In this document: one piece after another, positions 22,450 to 33,853 of the stretch
How the letters are laid out: every line of letters starts with the position of its first letter
How positions within the stretch are numbered: position 1 is the stretch's first letter
DNA from: Prorocentrum cordatum
Lineage: Eukaryota
Length of the DNA: 64,000 nt
Assembly (NCBI GenBank): GCA_963575745.1
Contig: CAUYUJ010000248.1
Span: forward strand, 372,001 to 436,000
Reading direction: 5' to 3'
Position numbers and translations under genes: made by a program
Notes under the pieces: model-generated
What the model saw: only the letters and a program-made list of their open reading frames with translations
Database searches by the model: none
What the model was told of the DNA's origin: nothing

Positions 22450-23581
22450 CTGTGTCCGATTCCGAGACTACCTCTGTTTTGATGTGTTTGGAGTCTTGAG
22501 TGGCACGGTTTTTCGTTGCAGCCTGCGCCATGGAAGTGGCTCAGGCCTTGCTGCGAGCAGTGGTGGAGGCGAAAGCATCAAAGCAAACGGTGGCAGCCAC
22601 AGCATCGGCGCTCTGGGGGCGCCTAGCAGGGGTACCGGCCGCCGAATCTGATGCTAACACGGAGGAGGTCGAGTCTCACTTGGACATGGTGTGGCCTACC
22701 TCACCAAGAAGGGTGCGGGGGCGAACCCAACTTCGGTGCAGACGGCCTACCGCAACACAGGCCTCCATGTGGTCTAGGGGGCGTAGCAGATGCACTCCCC
22801 AAGACTCCCGCCGAGGCGAAAAGGAGGCAACGAGGAGGGCGTCGCGCAGAAGCCCATCGCCCAACATCGAGGTCAATGACAGCACCTTAGACAGCGATCA
22901 TTCGAAGGTAAAGCAGGACGGCATGGAGAGGTGCAGCCAGATGCTTTCAGACTTCGGCCGGAGAAGAGGGAGCGGGACACGTCCGAGGATTTCCGAATCC
23001 AGCACAAGAAGTCCGAAGCTTTCGAAATGTACCTCGCCAGCTCCTTCGGCGAGTGCCTGTGTGACCAGTCTAGACAGACGGAGGAGATGGAGCCAGTTTG
23101 GGCCCAGAGGTTGGAGGAGCAAGCGGTGGTCTTCCAGGGCGTGATGCCAGATCTCAGCGCAGACCACCTCAGTTTGAAGACTTCAGGTGGCACTGCAAAT
23201 GAGAGGAGTCGGCCGGCGTACGTGGAGTCTGACGGCACACTGCAGGAGGCGGGGAATTATACCGCAGGGGACAATGCACACAATGACAGGTTCGAGGCCG
23301 CGACTGATCCAGGAGATCACGGCCACACCGCGTGCAACGGCCAGCAGAATGAGCAGCTGAAGCCTTGCGGGAACATTTTCTCGTCCGCGCGTTCTGTCTA
23401 CAATCGGCTGAGGCGCCTCGGCAGTTCGTCAATTTTGCGCGAACAGCGTGCGAAAATAGCCCAATCAGAGGTCCGCCGCAGTAGATTTAAGCTTCAGTTC
23501 TCTCGTATCAGAAATCTCGCCAACCTGTCATGTCTCGGCACGGGCAGCATGCGACACGAGCGACCCCAGCGCTTTGTATGA
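22428..23581 (+). pseudogene. SL-capped retrocopy of an unknown mRNA (frameshifted); 3' end uncertain
   Basis: SL, then ~80 nt of 5' UTR, then ATG at 22530 (MEVAQALLRAVVEAKASKQTVAATASALWGRL). No introns are evident, and the reading frame shifts into ORF 22931-23581. Confidence 0.55.
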
Positions 23582-24939
23582 GTGCGCAGCGGCGCCAGTC
23601 AGATGCGAATCGCAGGCCAGCGTACAAGCCAGAGCTACACGTTCACGTCTCGTGCCCTTTTCCAGCATTCCCCTTTTCTTTCATCCGCCTCCCACGTTCA
23701 GCCAATCAGGGGTGGCCCCCGCAGCGTGCCACGCGCGTCGGGGGAGGGGAGCGTAGCGCAGGGCGGTTGGGAGGATGCCCGGTGATGTCGGGGGCGGGTG
23801 TAAGAAAAGGTGGGTAATTTCACTTATGGACGCTCCCTCCCTTCCCCTCATGCTTCGAGCAGCGGGGGCTGGGTCGGGCACAGTCTCTACTCTGTCCTTT
23901 GTCCTTGTCTCCTCTTTTTTCTTTCTTCTCTTCTCTCTTCTCTCCGGGATCCTCGAGCTTGCGTCGGCCCACGAAGGTCACGCGGCTCTCCCAGGCTCGG
24001 CCGTTCGGCGCCTGGGGTTCGCAGCGCCACGCGTGAAGGCCGTTTCCCACGAGACCTTTCGTTATGCTAAAATGGGAGTGGCCACGCCAGGGTTCCGCGG
24101 CGCGCCGGGGGGCAGGTCTTCTCAGACGGAGGCGGGGTTTCTCTGGAGCCCTCTGGCCTTCTGGCAAATTTTCTGCGCCTTCGGAGGAGGCTCAGGAAAC
24201 TTCTCAGGCGGCGCGAGGGCTTCAGAGAAGCCCCTCCGCATTCTGGTTGGCCCCCCCCTCACTTCCCCCCAGGCTCGCCGCCAAGGGGTGCGGTTTGCGA
24301 TCGGCGCCGATGGGGCTTAGTGATCACCACGTCGCGCCAGAGGTTTGATGAGCCTTCGTCGAGGCGCGGCAGAAGTCTCCGTCGAGGTCCGCCCACCCTC
24401 CCAAGCACGGGCTGCAAACCATTCCCCTTGCAGACCGCGCCCTTCGGAGATGTTGGCTTGATCAAGATCGAGGAACAATTACTTGCACAAACCGTCATTT
24501 TCGGAGGTCCGCACGGACTTCGCGGATCGGCGCCGGAGCGCCCTGGCGGCGCCTCCAGCGCCACCCCGTGCGCTCCGCGCACCGGGGAGAGGGTTCCAGC
24601 GAGATCCAAGAAATCAGCGCAGACCTCCGAAAGTTCATGTTTATTCAGGAGGGGAAAAAACACACAGACACAATTAATCTGCGATTCCCAGAACATATGG
24701 GAAATGGGGGGGGAAGACAAAAACCCAGAAAATATGGGAAAATATGGGGAATAATTTTATTTGTGTGTATTTATTTGTGTGTCCCAGTTTCCCTTCATTT
24801 ATGTCATATGTTGTTCTTCTACCAGAAGTCCAGCATAGCACGAGGGTCGCAGACTTTGTGTCTCGGTGATCGCTGGCGTGCTGAGGCGCCCTCTGTGCCT
24901 CGACTCGCCGCGCGCCGTTGCTGCGCGTCTCCGCCCTTG

Positions 24940-25026
24940 CCTCCTCCTCCTCCTCCTCCTCCTCCTCCTCCTCCTCCTCCTCCTCCTCCTCCTCCTCCTC
25001 CTCCTCCTCCTCCTCCTCCTCCTCCT
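24940..25026 (+). repeat. (CCT)n tract
   Basis: Direct reading. Confidence 0.97.
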
Positions 25027-25091
25027 CGGCGCAGACTTCCGACGCCGTGCCCTGGTCCACGGCGTCGGGGCCCTCGGCCATGCGTTAACCC

Positions 25092-25532
25092 GGGGCGGGA
25101 GTGGCCTTTGGTGCGCGGTTTTCGGAGGCCACGGCGAGGCCAGATCCACGTGCGCAGGCCAGCGTTGGGGCTACCCCCGTGGGCCCGCCACTCCAGCGAC
25201 ACAGGGGAGTAACACATGATTCATGACATACACAAACTTTCGGAACGGAACTCCACGCGGATTTCTTGGATCGACGCTGGAGTCCGCTAACGGCGGGCGC
25301 CTCTGGCGCCGCCCCTGGCGCGCCTCGCGCGCAGGGAGGGGGGCCCAACCCCTTATCAAAAAAAGCCACGCGGACTTCCGAACGTTTATGTTTATGTCGT
25401 TGTTTGTTTCCCTGCTTCGCCATTTTGGCTTTTGATGCGGGCCCACGGGGGTGGCCCCAGCACTGGCCTGCGCCATTTGAATATGGCCCCGCCGCGGCCC
25501 GCGAAAGCCGCGCACCACAGGTCCATTCTTGC
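25092..25532. mobile_element. Fold-back element with ~100-bp imperfect inverted arms and a nested small TIR element
   Basis: 25092-25190 (TGGTGCGCGGTTTTCG...CAGGCCAG.G.TGGGG.CACCCCCGTGGGCCCGC) is the reverse complement of 25433-25532. The spacer resembles 24490-24640. An arm-like copy lies at ~20270-20410. Confidence 0.65.
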
Positions 25533-25960
25533 GTGTTGGCGACAGCAGCGCGAGGTTCAGAGGCGGAGCAGATACCGACACTGTCATCCCGCCATTCACG
25601 GGGGGAAAGAACACCCCGCCCCCCCCCCCCATAATTTGCGTATACTACGCGACCCGGAGCATTTACTAAGCAGCCCTGCCCTCTTCGATGCTTTCTTTGG
25701 ATGCGTTTACTAAGCGGCTTGGTTGTCGGGATGTTTCTTACGAGGGGGGCCTTCTGCTTTCTATCCATCGTCGCCACCGCTGAACTCGCTTCCACATACT
25801 GGTCGGCACGCGCCCCGGGAGAGACCCGAAAAGCAGCCTTATGAGTGTCTTTCTGCCCCTCTAGGAGCGCCCGCTTTCCCCCGTACCACCGTCGGAAGCA
25901 GCTGGGAAATTTGGCCGGTGGGTCCCCAGGAGGTCCCAGGATAGGATAGAGAGAGGAAGA

Positions 25961-26082
25961 CTTGGTTCGGACGTGTGCATTTTTATCGGCGAAGACCATC
26001 GAGGAGCATCCTGGATAATCGAAGAAAAGCACGTAGTAAACCCAACAATGCACAGGGAATGGACGCCCGAACGATGGCCGAG
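25961..26082. mobile_element. MITE family 1, copy c (122 bp, TSD AGA)
   Basis: CTTGG..TTCGGACGTGTGCATTTT...GACCATCGAGGAGCATCCTGGAT...AATGCACAGGGAATGGACGCCCGAACGATGGCCGAG, flanked by AGA on both sides. Confidence 0.75.
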
Positions 26083-27585
26083 AGAGAGAGAGAGAGAAAC
26101 AAACAAACAAAACAAAAAATGATAGAGAAAGAGAGTTGCATGGGCCACCTCCGATGCTTTGTATCACGCGCGAGCTGCACGGCCTCTCCCAGGCCCTGGA
26201 CCTCGACAACATACGGCGGAGCCTCCAGCGGATGGAGGAGAAGCGCGCCGCACTCTGGGCGGACGGGTGGCAGAGAAAGGGTGGGGGGGGTCAGCCGGGC
26301 GATTCAGAGCGGCGTGGCGATCACACGGTGTGGTGAGAGGAAGGAGCCCTTCAAGTAGTTGAGCAGGGACCAGTCGGTCCCCGTTTTCCCACAGGCCTAC
26401 TACGAAATGTTGTTACATCTCACCGAGTTTTCTGAACACCGAAAAAATATTCTTGGAACAGAAAGCCGCTTCTTTTCAGCAAGATTGCCTCATCGAGAAA
26501 CGTTATGGGAACAAGTCGTGCAAACCATCAAAGGTTCTTAGGGCAGTTTCTGGTGGGCCTGTGGGTCGGCCGGGACACTTCGCCACTGCTTGAAGAAGTG
26601 CATTCTTGCGGCCCCGACCCAGGCTGCCCACCCCCTTCGCTGCAAGCGCCCGCTGCTGCGACCCCCCCGACCTCGGGCCGAGAACTCCCCGGGACCTCCG
26701 ACGTCATGACCTTTGTCACGACGCCGGCCCCTTGATCTCTCGACCCTATCTCCAGCACCGTTTTCTCGTCGCGGGTCGCTTGCCCAGCACGGTCAGACCC
26801 AGAGGTAAATGCCCCCGCCGTTTTGCGTCAGTTGGAGGTTTGGATCGTCCCCCGAGGTACCTGTCGGAGGCTTCCAGAGACATCCGAAGCCCCCCAAAAT
26901 GAGCGAAACCATGTGGCCCCTCGCCTCATCGCCCGTTCCCCGACGTGTCACGGATTTCTTTGCTCAATCTGCGCACCCTAGAAGTCTCGACGACCTCTTC
27001 CCAGAAGGTAGTCTTCGTTTCCCGTCCCAGGTCCATTCTTAATTCCCTCGAGGTCCGAGAACGGCCCCCCAGAGGCCGAGATTGAGGAGAAACTCCTTGG
27101 GATTGCAAAAAACAAAAAAACAGCACGTCCTCAGAAGTCGGTGTCGCCTTATGGGAATTCGATCTGATTCAAGTGGCTTAGTCAATTCCGTCGACCCCCA
27201 GCGAAGTAGAGACGTGCAGGGCGATCGGTAGGCTATGTTGGAGCTGGAGTGGCTGGATGTTTTCTGTTCACGCCCGCAAGGGAGAAGGAGGAGGAGGAGG
27301 AGGAAGAAGAAGAAGAACAGCGGAGGCGGGAAGATGGAGGGCGGAGGGAGGAAGGCAGGAATGGGTTCAAGGGGAGGGGGTGAGGATTCGATCATTTTCA
27401 GCCTCATCGAGCGCTCGCAGTACCGCGTGAACAGCGCTGTGTACCAGCCGGACACCGCGCCGCCCCAGCCACGTGAGCAGAGAATTGCCCGCGCCTCCGC
27501 GCCGCCCCAGCCAGTCGATGGAGAGGTCCCAGCGCTCGGAGCGCACGTGCGGCGGGCTCGGCAGGTAAGGCCAGCGGAAGGCAGC

Positions 27586-27745
27586 CTCTCCTCCTCCTCC
27601 TCCTCCTCCTCCTCGTCCTCCTCGTCCCCATTCTACTCCTTCTCCTCCTCCTCCTCCTCCTCCTCCTCCACTTCTTCTTCCTCCTCCTCCATGCTCCTCC
27701 TCTTCCTTCTCCTCTTCCTTTTCCTCCCAATCCTTCAAGCCTTCC
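27586..27745 (+). repeat. (CCT)n / pyrimidine tract preceding LINE-C
   Basis: Direct reading. Confidence 0.95.
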
Positions 27746-27749
27746 TCCA

Positions 27750-30700
27750 GATACTCAGTACCCAGGGTCCCCGTCCACCAGCACAGTGCGGAGTCTTCGG
27801 AAGTGGTCGCGTCCCTTAGCATCACTGTCGACAACATGGGCAGCATCCTCAAGGGTCTGGGAGAGGATGGCACCATTGTCGCCAAGCTGGGCCAGATCTT
27901 GGCGGGGGTCACGGCACTCGAGGAGCGCAAGAAGGCAGCCGATAAGGTCAAGACTGAAGCTGCAGCCAGCCAGGCCGCAGCACAAGCAGCACAGCCAGGA
28001 CCTGTCGGACCACCGCAGGATGGAGGAGGTAGAGGATGAGAGGACCCAGGAGGAATCAACGTGCCAATCCCGAACGCTGAAGAGACGGTCTTGGACGAGC
28101 TTCGTGAGTTCTTTGACAAGGCTGGCATCAAGATCGATGATGAGGCCGACGAGGCCACCGTCAGGGGCAGCGCCAGGAAGTTGCCAGTATGTGTGGAAGG
28201 ATTGAGGTCGGAGAAGCGCGCCAAGATCCAGCCTGAGAAGTGATCTGTTGTGTGCGATCTTGGTGGTTTCGCCAACGCTACGCCAGTGCCGGGAATGCCA
28301 AGTGCAGGTGCGACAGCTGGTTCTGTTGAGGCGAACCCCCTGTTCTGGACGGCTAAACCGACAGAGTCGCAGAGTGGCTTTGGCTATTTCCAGTTCGGCG
28401 GGGCGTCGCGTGGACCCCCTTGCTCGGCCAGAGGGCCGCGGCAGGGGACGTGGGGGCCAGGCCGTGGACGCGCGGGTGGTCGATGCCATTGCCCACGCCT
28501 CGCATCTTGCTCGTGCCGCCGACGGGCGAAGTGCAGCCGCGAGTGATGGACAAGCCACGGCCCTGGGTGGCCGAGGCCTGGAGGAATCCACAGCGCCGAG
28601 TTGGGCATTTCCACGATAGTGGGAGCAACTGTTTCCAGTTGGGCGGAATGGAGCGCGGCACAGCCTCAGCCAAGGGCCGCCGTGAACGGCGTGGGAGACA
28701 GGCCGCGCCGCCTTCCAGCAGCAGCGCCCCGACGGGCCCGCCATGGGGAGTGACGCGGGGTTGGCGCACAGTCGGATGTTAGGTTGCCCGAGTGGTTCAG
28801 GGGGTGGACTTGAGATCCACTTCAGGTAACCGCGTGTGGGTTCGAACCCCACAGCTGACACGCATGCATTCCCCCCCCCTCTAAGCAGGCCCCAGCGCGC
28901 AATGTTGCGCCGCTGCGGGGCGGCGGGCAGCACGCCAGCGCGCGGGCCTACACGGGCGAGCCCTGTCCTACGCTACACCCGTAGAGCGTGCCGCCGACGG
29001 TCGCGAGGCGACCACGCAGGCGGGGTCGGCGGTCAACCCGGTTCAGATGGCGACGGTGCCGAGTTATTTCCAGCTTGGCGGGGAGCAGTATTTCCAGTCT
29101 GGCGTTGCGGAGCACCGTAGGTGCAGGCCAAAGGCTCAGGGTCGCAGTAGCGGTCGGGGTTCGCGGGCCGCGGACGCGCGGGTGGCCGATGCCCAGTCGT
29201 TCGACAAGTTTCTTGCTCGAGCCGCCGACGGGCGGGCAGCAGCCTCGAGCGGTGAAGCGGCCGCGGCCACATCGTACGGTAGCGGACGGGATAGCCTGGC
29301 CGCGGACGCGCGGGTGGTCGTTGCCCAGGCCCTGATACCGCCTTTTGCTCGAGATGCCGACGAGCGCAAGGCAGCCTTTAGCAGTGGAGCGGCTGTCGCC
29401 CAGAGATGCCCAGAGCGCCGAACATGGAAGTGTGGGTAGTGACCAGAGCACAGCAGCGAAATGCACGATCACCGCCATCAGTTGTTCCGAGGAGGAGCAG
29501 CTGTCAGAGTTCTTCAGCGGATGCAGTCGCGCAGCCGTTGCTGCTCAGGAGCGCCACATCCCAGAGAACAGGCTAGGCGACGCCCAGCACCGCACGCAGG
29601 GCGTGGGACGACGGGGGGTTCGGGCTCGCGCCACCGTGTCGGGCAAGGCCGGTGGCACGCAGGCAGGCCCAGCTGCTTTGGCGAAATGGAACGCGGCCCC
29701 ACGTCTCAGGCCAGAGGCTGAGCCTTACCAGCCCAAGTCCACTGGGGTAGTCCAAGTGGCTTCGTTTCAGTGTCGGTTTACCTCTGTGCGAATGAAGGTT
29801 GGCTTGGGAAAAAGCAGTAACACCATGCGCGGAGCGCACGGCTACCTGGAGCGTCTGAACCACGCTGGTTGCAACAGGATCGTTGTGGAACCTCAGGATC
29901 TAGGGGGCCCACATGGTTGCATGGCTTCGGAAAGGGGCCCTCGGAGCCCCAGCAGCACCCACGCGCAGGCAGAGTCTCCCAGACAGGTGCATCGATTAGC
30001 CTTTAATTTCGGTCAGTCCTGCGTGTCCTCTTTGCCAGCCTCGGGTCAGCGAGGACAGCCTCGCCTTTCCACGTCTGCCGTTTAGACTGAACCTGGCGGG
30101 GAAGGACGCCCCTTCTTCCAGGAAAATACAAGGCCGGATGCAGGTTCCAAGGGCCCCAGCAGATGGATGCGCACGTTTCCCAGAAAATTGGCACGGCATT
30201 GATGGTCTGATCAATGGGGGGTCTGAAAACCAGTCTTTGCCAGGGGGCTCGGGATGCCGCGATCTCGCAATTAGCGTTAGAATTGCTTGAGCGCCATGAC
30301 TTGGCAGGCAGGAAAGGCGCGGCTTTCCGAGGGCGAGCTGGGCCCATCGGGTTCACTCTCATTGAGCTCCAGCGGAAGCACGGACCATATGTCCCGGGCT
30401 GACAGGGCCCAGCGCGCAGCTCCCAGGTGGGCCAGGCACTTCAGGCGGCCTGAAAGGGGGGGCCACTCCCAGTTTATCGGGTGCCCCAGGGCAGCAGCAG
30501 TTGGAGGGCCAGGCCGATCACACTAACCCTCAGAAGCTAACGAAGCACATGATCGAGTTTGGACGGTTCTTCTCCAGGATTGAGGCCGAGGAGCACGTGC
30601 TCCGTGATTTCGATTCTCGGGCGTCTAAGATATGCAAGGATGCGTTAAGGCTCCGCTGCTTCGGGCCGGCTCGACTTGGGGCGCGCCCTCGAAGAGGTCG

Positions 30701-33554
30701 AGAAAAGGGCGCAACAATTTTCGGATACGCACGCTCAGAAGTCAGAGTCGGCCCGGAGAGAATGGGTCGCCGACTCTTTCCAGAACGGAGCTAGATTTGC
30801 GCATGGGCACACCGAAATTAGAGCGCAGCAGGAGGTGATCGATGCCCATTTGCGCGCTGTCACGCAGGCGCAAGCCTCGCCAGCTAGCTGGCGGGGAGAT
30901 TCGTTGGCGGGACAAGATTTGGCCCATGCATGATTCGCCAAAGCCCAGGCTGCCTAGCGACGTCTGCGGTTGGGAACCGCTTCCAGAGACCACGGCAGCA
31001 GACATCAAGCGAGCTATTCTCCAGCTTACATGGCCCTCGGGCGTGGGCCAGTTCAGCTTTGCACACATGAGCTTCCTCTTCATCGGCAACGAGGGCCATT
31101 GCTCGATGGTCAGGTTGTTGCCCAAGTGCGAAGAGCTTCTGATTTGGCCGCCCCATGTCGCAGGCCCCTGACCCAACTAGTTCGTCTCGCTAAACCCAAC
31201 GGGGCCACGGTAGGTCCACGCGGCGCTCGCGCGCCAGCGACGCTGGCGACGGCGTTCAAGGTCGAATTCTGCGACGCGGAAGCACCAATGAACACTGCAG
31301 CGCCATCGGACCGATTGAAGTCAATTTTGAACGATGGAGGCCGCGACAGATTCCAGGTTGAACGATCGACGCGACGTCAAAAACTTTCGCGCGCGCCGAT
31401 GCCGCGCGAACTAGTTAACCACGGCCGCCCCATTGCCTTCGACGCCTTCCTCAGGAATGGTGGAAGACGCGTCGTCTTGTTGCGGCTGAGCGGGGGCTTT
31501 CGCACGACGTGGAATACGTACTTTCGGGGGGCAGGATTTGGTAGGGCCCCCATCGGACATTGCGCTCGCGTTAAATGTGGATTCGGAGATAGCCCACGAG
31601 CGAGGAGAGGGCATCATGACGGTGTTCCTAGACATGTTGACGCGCTATGCGACAGTCATCCTGCAGGCACTTGCTAGAGGAAGCTAGCTCCCCGATGCGC
31701 CTCACTTGGACGACAATCCAAACTGACCTGCAACCTAGGTGCGTTCGCGCATTGTCGTTGTTGCCCAAACCGGTGCGTTCCACTCTAAATATCTTAGCTT
31801 GGTACCCTATTGTGCTTAATGTCACGGCGCAGTTCGAAACTTGTCATGTCGGCATGCCCGAGAGCTACCCCTTGCGCGCTCATTGACGACGATAATTCTC
31901 AGTGGGCGGGTTCTCGGAGTGGGGAGGTGCGGAGAGGTCGAGGGCCATGGCGGTCTCACCAGCTGGCTTCAGTTGCGCGCAATTTCTGTCACGACGTGAA
32001 TCCGATGGGTCTAGTTGTTCAAGCTGCCTAGAGCGGGCCGGCGGCTAACATTTCCAGGGGCAGGAACATTTTGCGCATCATCATGTAGACGCTCGGCGCC
32101 CAGGCCAAGCGCTCCATGAGAAACTTAAGGCGCGAGATGCACGCGCCCAGGGTGCGCGGGGCCCAAGAGACGGCTCGACTAAAGGCGCCCGCGCTTAAGA
32201 AGCGCAAGGTCTGGGGCTTGAAGCACTCGGCAGGGGTGGCTGTCAAGGCCCGCTGGAGAACTGGACTTCTACCTGCTGCGCGGCACGTCTCTGGGGTTGC
32301 GGGAGTCGCGGACTCGTCGATGAGACCCCCTGCGGAAAGCACGCGCGGGTGCAAGCCCACGTCCTGTCTCGCATTTTCTTCTGCAGCCCACAATCTCGAT
32401 TGGTCTGACCTTGTTTTCTGGTGCCACCGCGCCGATTGCGCAGAGGCTTGCGCCCCTCATCTGCGATGGGAGAGCGCAGCCGGGCCAGCCTTCTCGAGCT
32501 TGGCAGATGGTCAAGTCTAGGATTCAGCACCGAGCGTCTTGGACTGGGGCCAGGAGACCAATCGCCACTGTTTGGGCATCGCTTCTCCGGGTTCGTTGGC
32601 CGATGGAATCCCCGAGTGCGCTTGTCCTCGATCGGGGTGATCGCATCGACTCGATGCAAGTTTGCCCAAGCGATGCGAGGCTCCAGCTACAAGAGGGAAG
32701 ATGAAATTCGACGGTGGCACGTTTTCACGAATTCGGAGTATCACCCACAATCCGCAGGATATACTTGCTGGAGGACAGCTCTGCGTAGGGGCCCAGGCAG
32801 ACGAGGGGCCCCGAGGACCCCGCGGGCCGCTGGCGTCTGGACTTCAGGCAGGCCCTATTCCATTCAACTCCGCAGCACGCCTTTCCGTTGCGTCTGCAAG
32901 CAGGAAGTGGGCACAGAGGTGCACCGATGGTTTGTCACCGCAGGGTTCTTGCTCAGTGGTAGCGACAAGATGCCAGGCGATGCGCTAGAACACAGGTCGG
33001 CAATGATCGAGTATTTTACCTTGATCTACCGGCCGCCGCCCTTGGCACCTTTCCCCGAGCAGCCCAAGGATAGCGATTCTGCCGGGCGGGGAGACTTGCG
33101 GGGCGAGCGGGCGCGGACGGGGCTCGCGGATGGGCCTGGCCAAGCATCGCCGCTGCCAGGTCTCACCAGGCGCGGAGGGCCGGTTGAAGAGATGGACCTA
33201 TCTGGCATCCCAGCGCGCGCTATTGACTGGGCATTGCCAGGCCGGGCCCAGACGACCCCGCGCCCAGAGCACGTCGCAGCACCTGAGGCTTTGCAGGTTG
33301 TTTCCAAGCCTTCTCAAATGGTCTCGGACCACCTCGACCTCGTGAGACATGGACACGCGCGGCTGTCCACCGCGGAAGGGTCCAGGCGAAGGCACGCTGT
33401 CATCTAGAGGAGAATGTTGGCGCTCTATGTCAACCGGGCCCGCCTGAGTTAGAGCGTGTCGCTGCTCGCAGGCAGTTCGATGATCTGTTCGGCAGCGGCG
33501 ATTACACTGCGTTTCGGCTTTTGGGAAATGAGTGGGCGAATTGGTTCGCTCTGT
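27750..33554 (+). mobile_element. Heavily decayed non-LTR retrotransposon (LINE-C) ending at a (TATG)n tract
   Basis: ORF1-like helical fragment at 27803-28243. EN-like AVAAQERHI...ATVSGKAGGTQAGPAALAK at ~29460-29690. RT-like QLVRLAKPNG, and post-RT MRNLRRE...WRTGLLPAARHVSGVAGVADS at 32116-32400. Many frameshifts. Confidence 0.55.
28778..28860 (+). tRNA. tRNA-like sequence with long variable arm, anticodon TGA (Ser) in a Leu-like body; probably a pseudogene
   Basis: Acceptor GTTAGGT/AGCTGAC (one G-G mismatch) plus discriminator A. D arm CCC-GAGTGGTTCA-GGG. Anticodon arm GTGGA-CTTGAGA-TCCAC. T arm GTGGG-TTCGAAC-CCCAC. No oligo-T terminator. Confidence 0.8.
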
Positions 33555-33612
33555 CTGTATGTATGTATGTATGTATGTATGTATGGGTAGATATATAGAT
33601 ATTGTGTATATG
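33555..33612. repeat. (TATG)n/TA-rich tract, left target of the YR element
   Basis: Direct reading. The TA/TG-rich tract resumes at 38860-38915. Confidence 0.9.
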
Positions 33613-33617
33613 CTACG

Positions 33618-33711
33618 ATCATGTGTAGAGCTCACTCTTGAATGATTAGCGGCACGGGACATGCCGACAACAGAAACACTGCAATCATATATGCTCAAGT
33701 TTTTGAGCGGC
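33618..33711 (+). repeat. Split direct repeat A1 (second copy A2 at 38558-38650)
   Basis: ATCATGTGTAGAGCTC(A/G)CTCTTGAATGATTAGCGGCACGGGACATGCCGACAACAGAA(A/G)CACTGCAATCATATATGCTCAAGTTTTT(G)AGCGGC occurs at both places. Confidence 0.97.
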
Positions 33712-33853
33712 GGAACGATCAGATGCCCGAACACGTTCTGCGCAAATGGGGGGGTCTGGTCCATGGCGCTCGTCGGCTGGGTCACGCGCGTTGGCTGCGG
33801 GGCCTCCTGGCCGGCCACCTGAGAGAGATAAAACAGCGAGGACGGATCGTCGA

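Noticed and set aside
22428..22500. SL RNA gene
   Set aside because: There is no GT donor or SL intron after the 22-mer; it continues into a UTR and an ORF.
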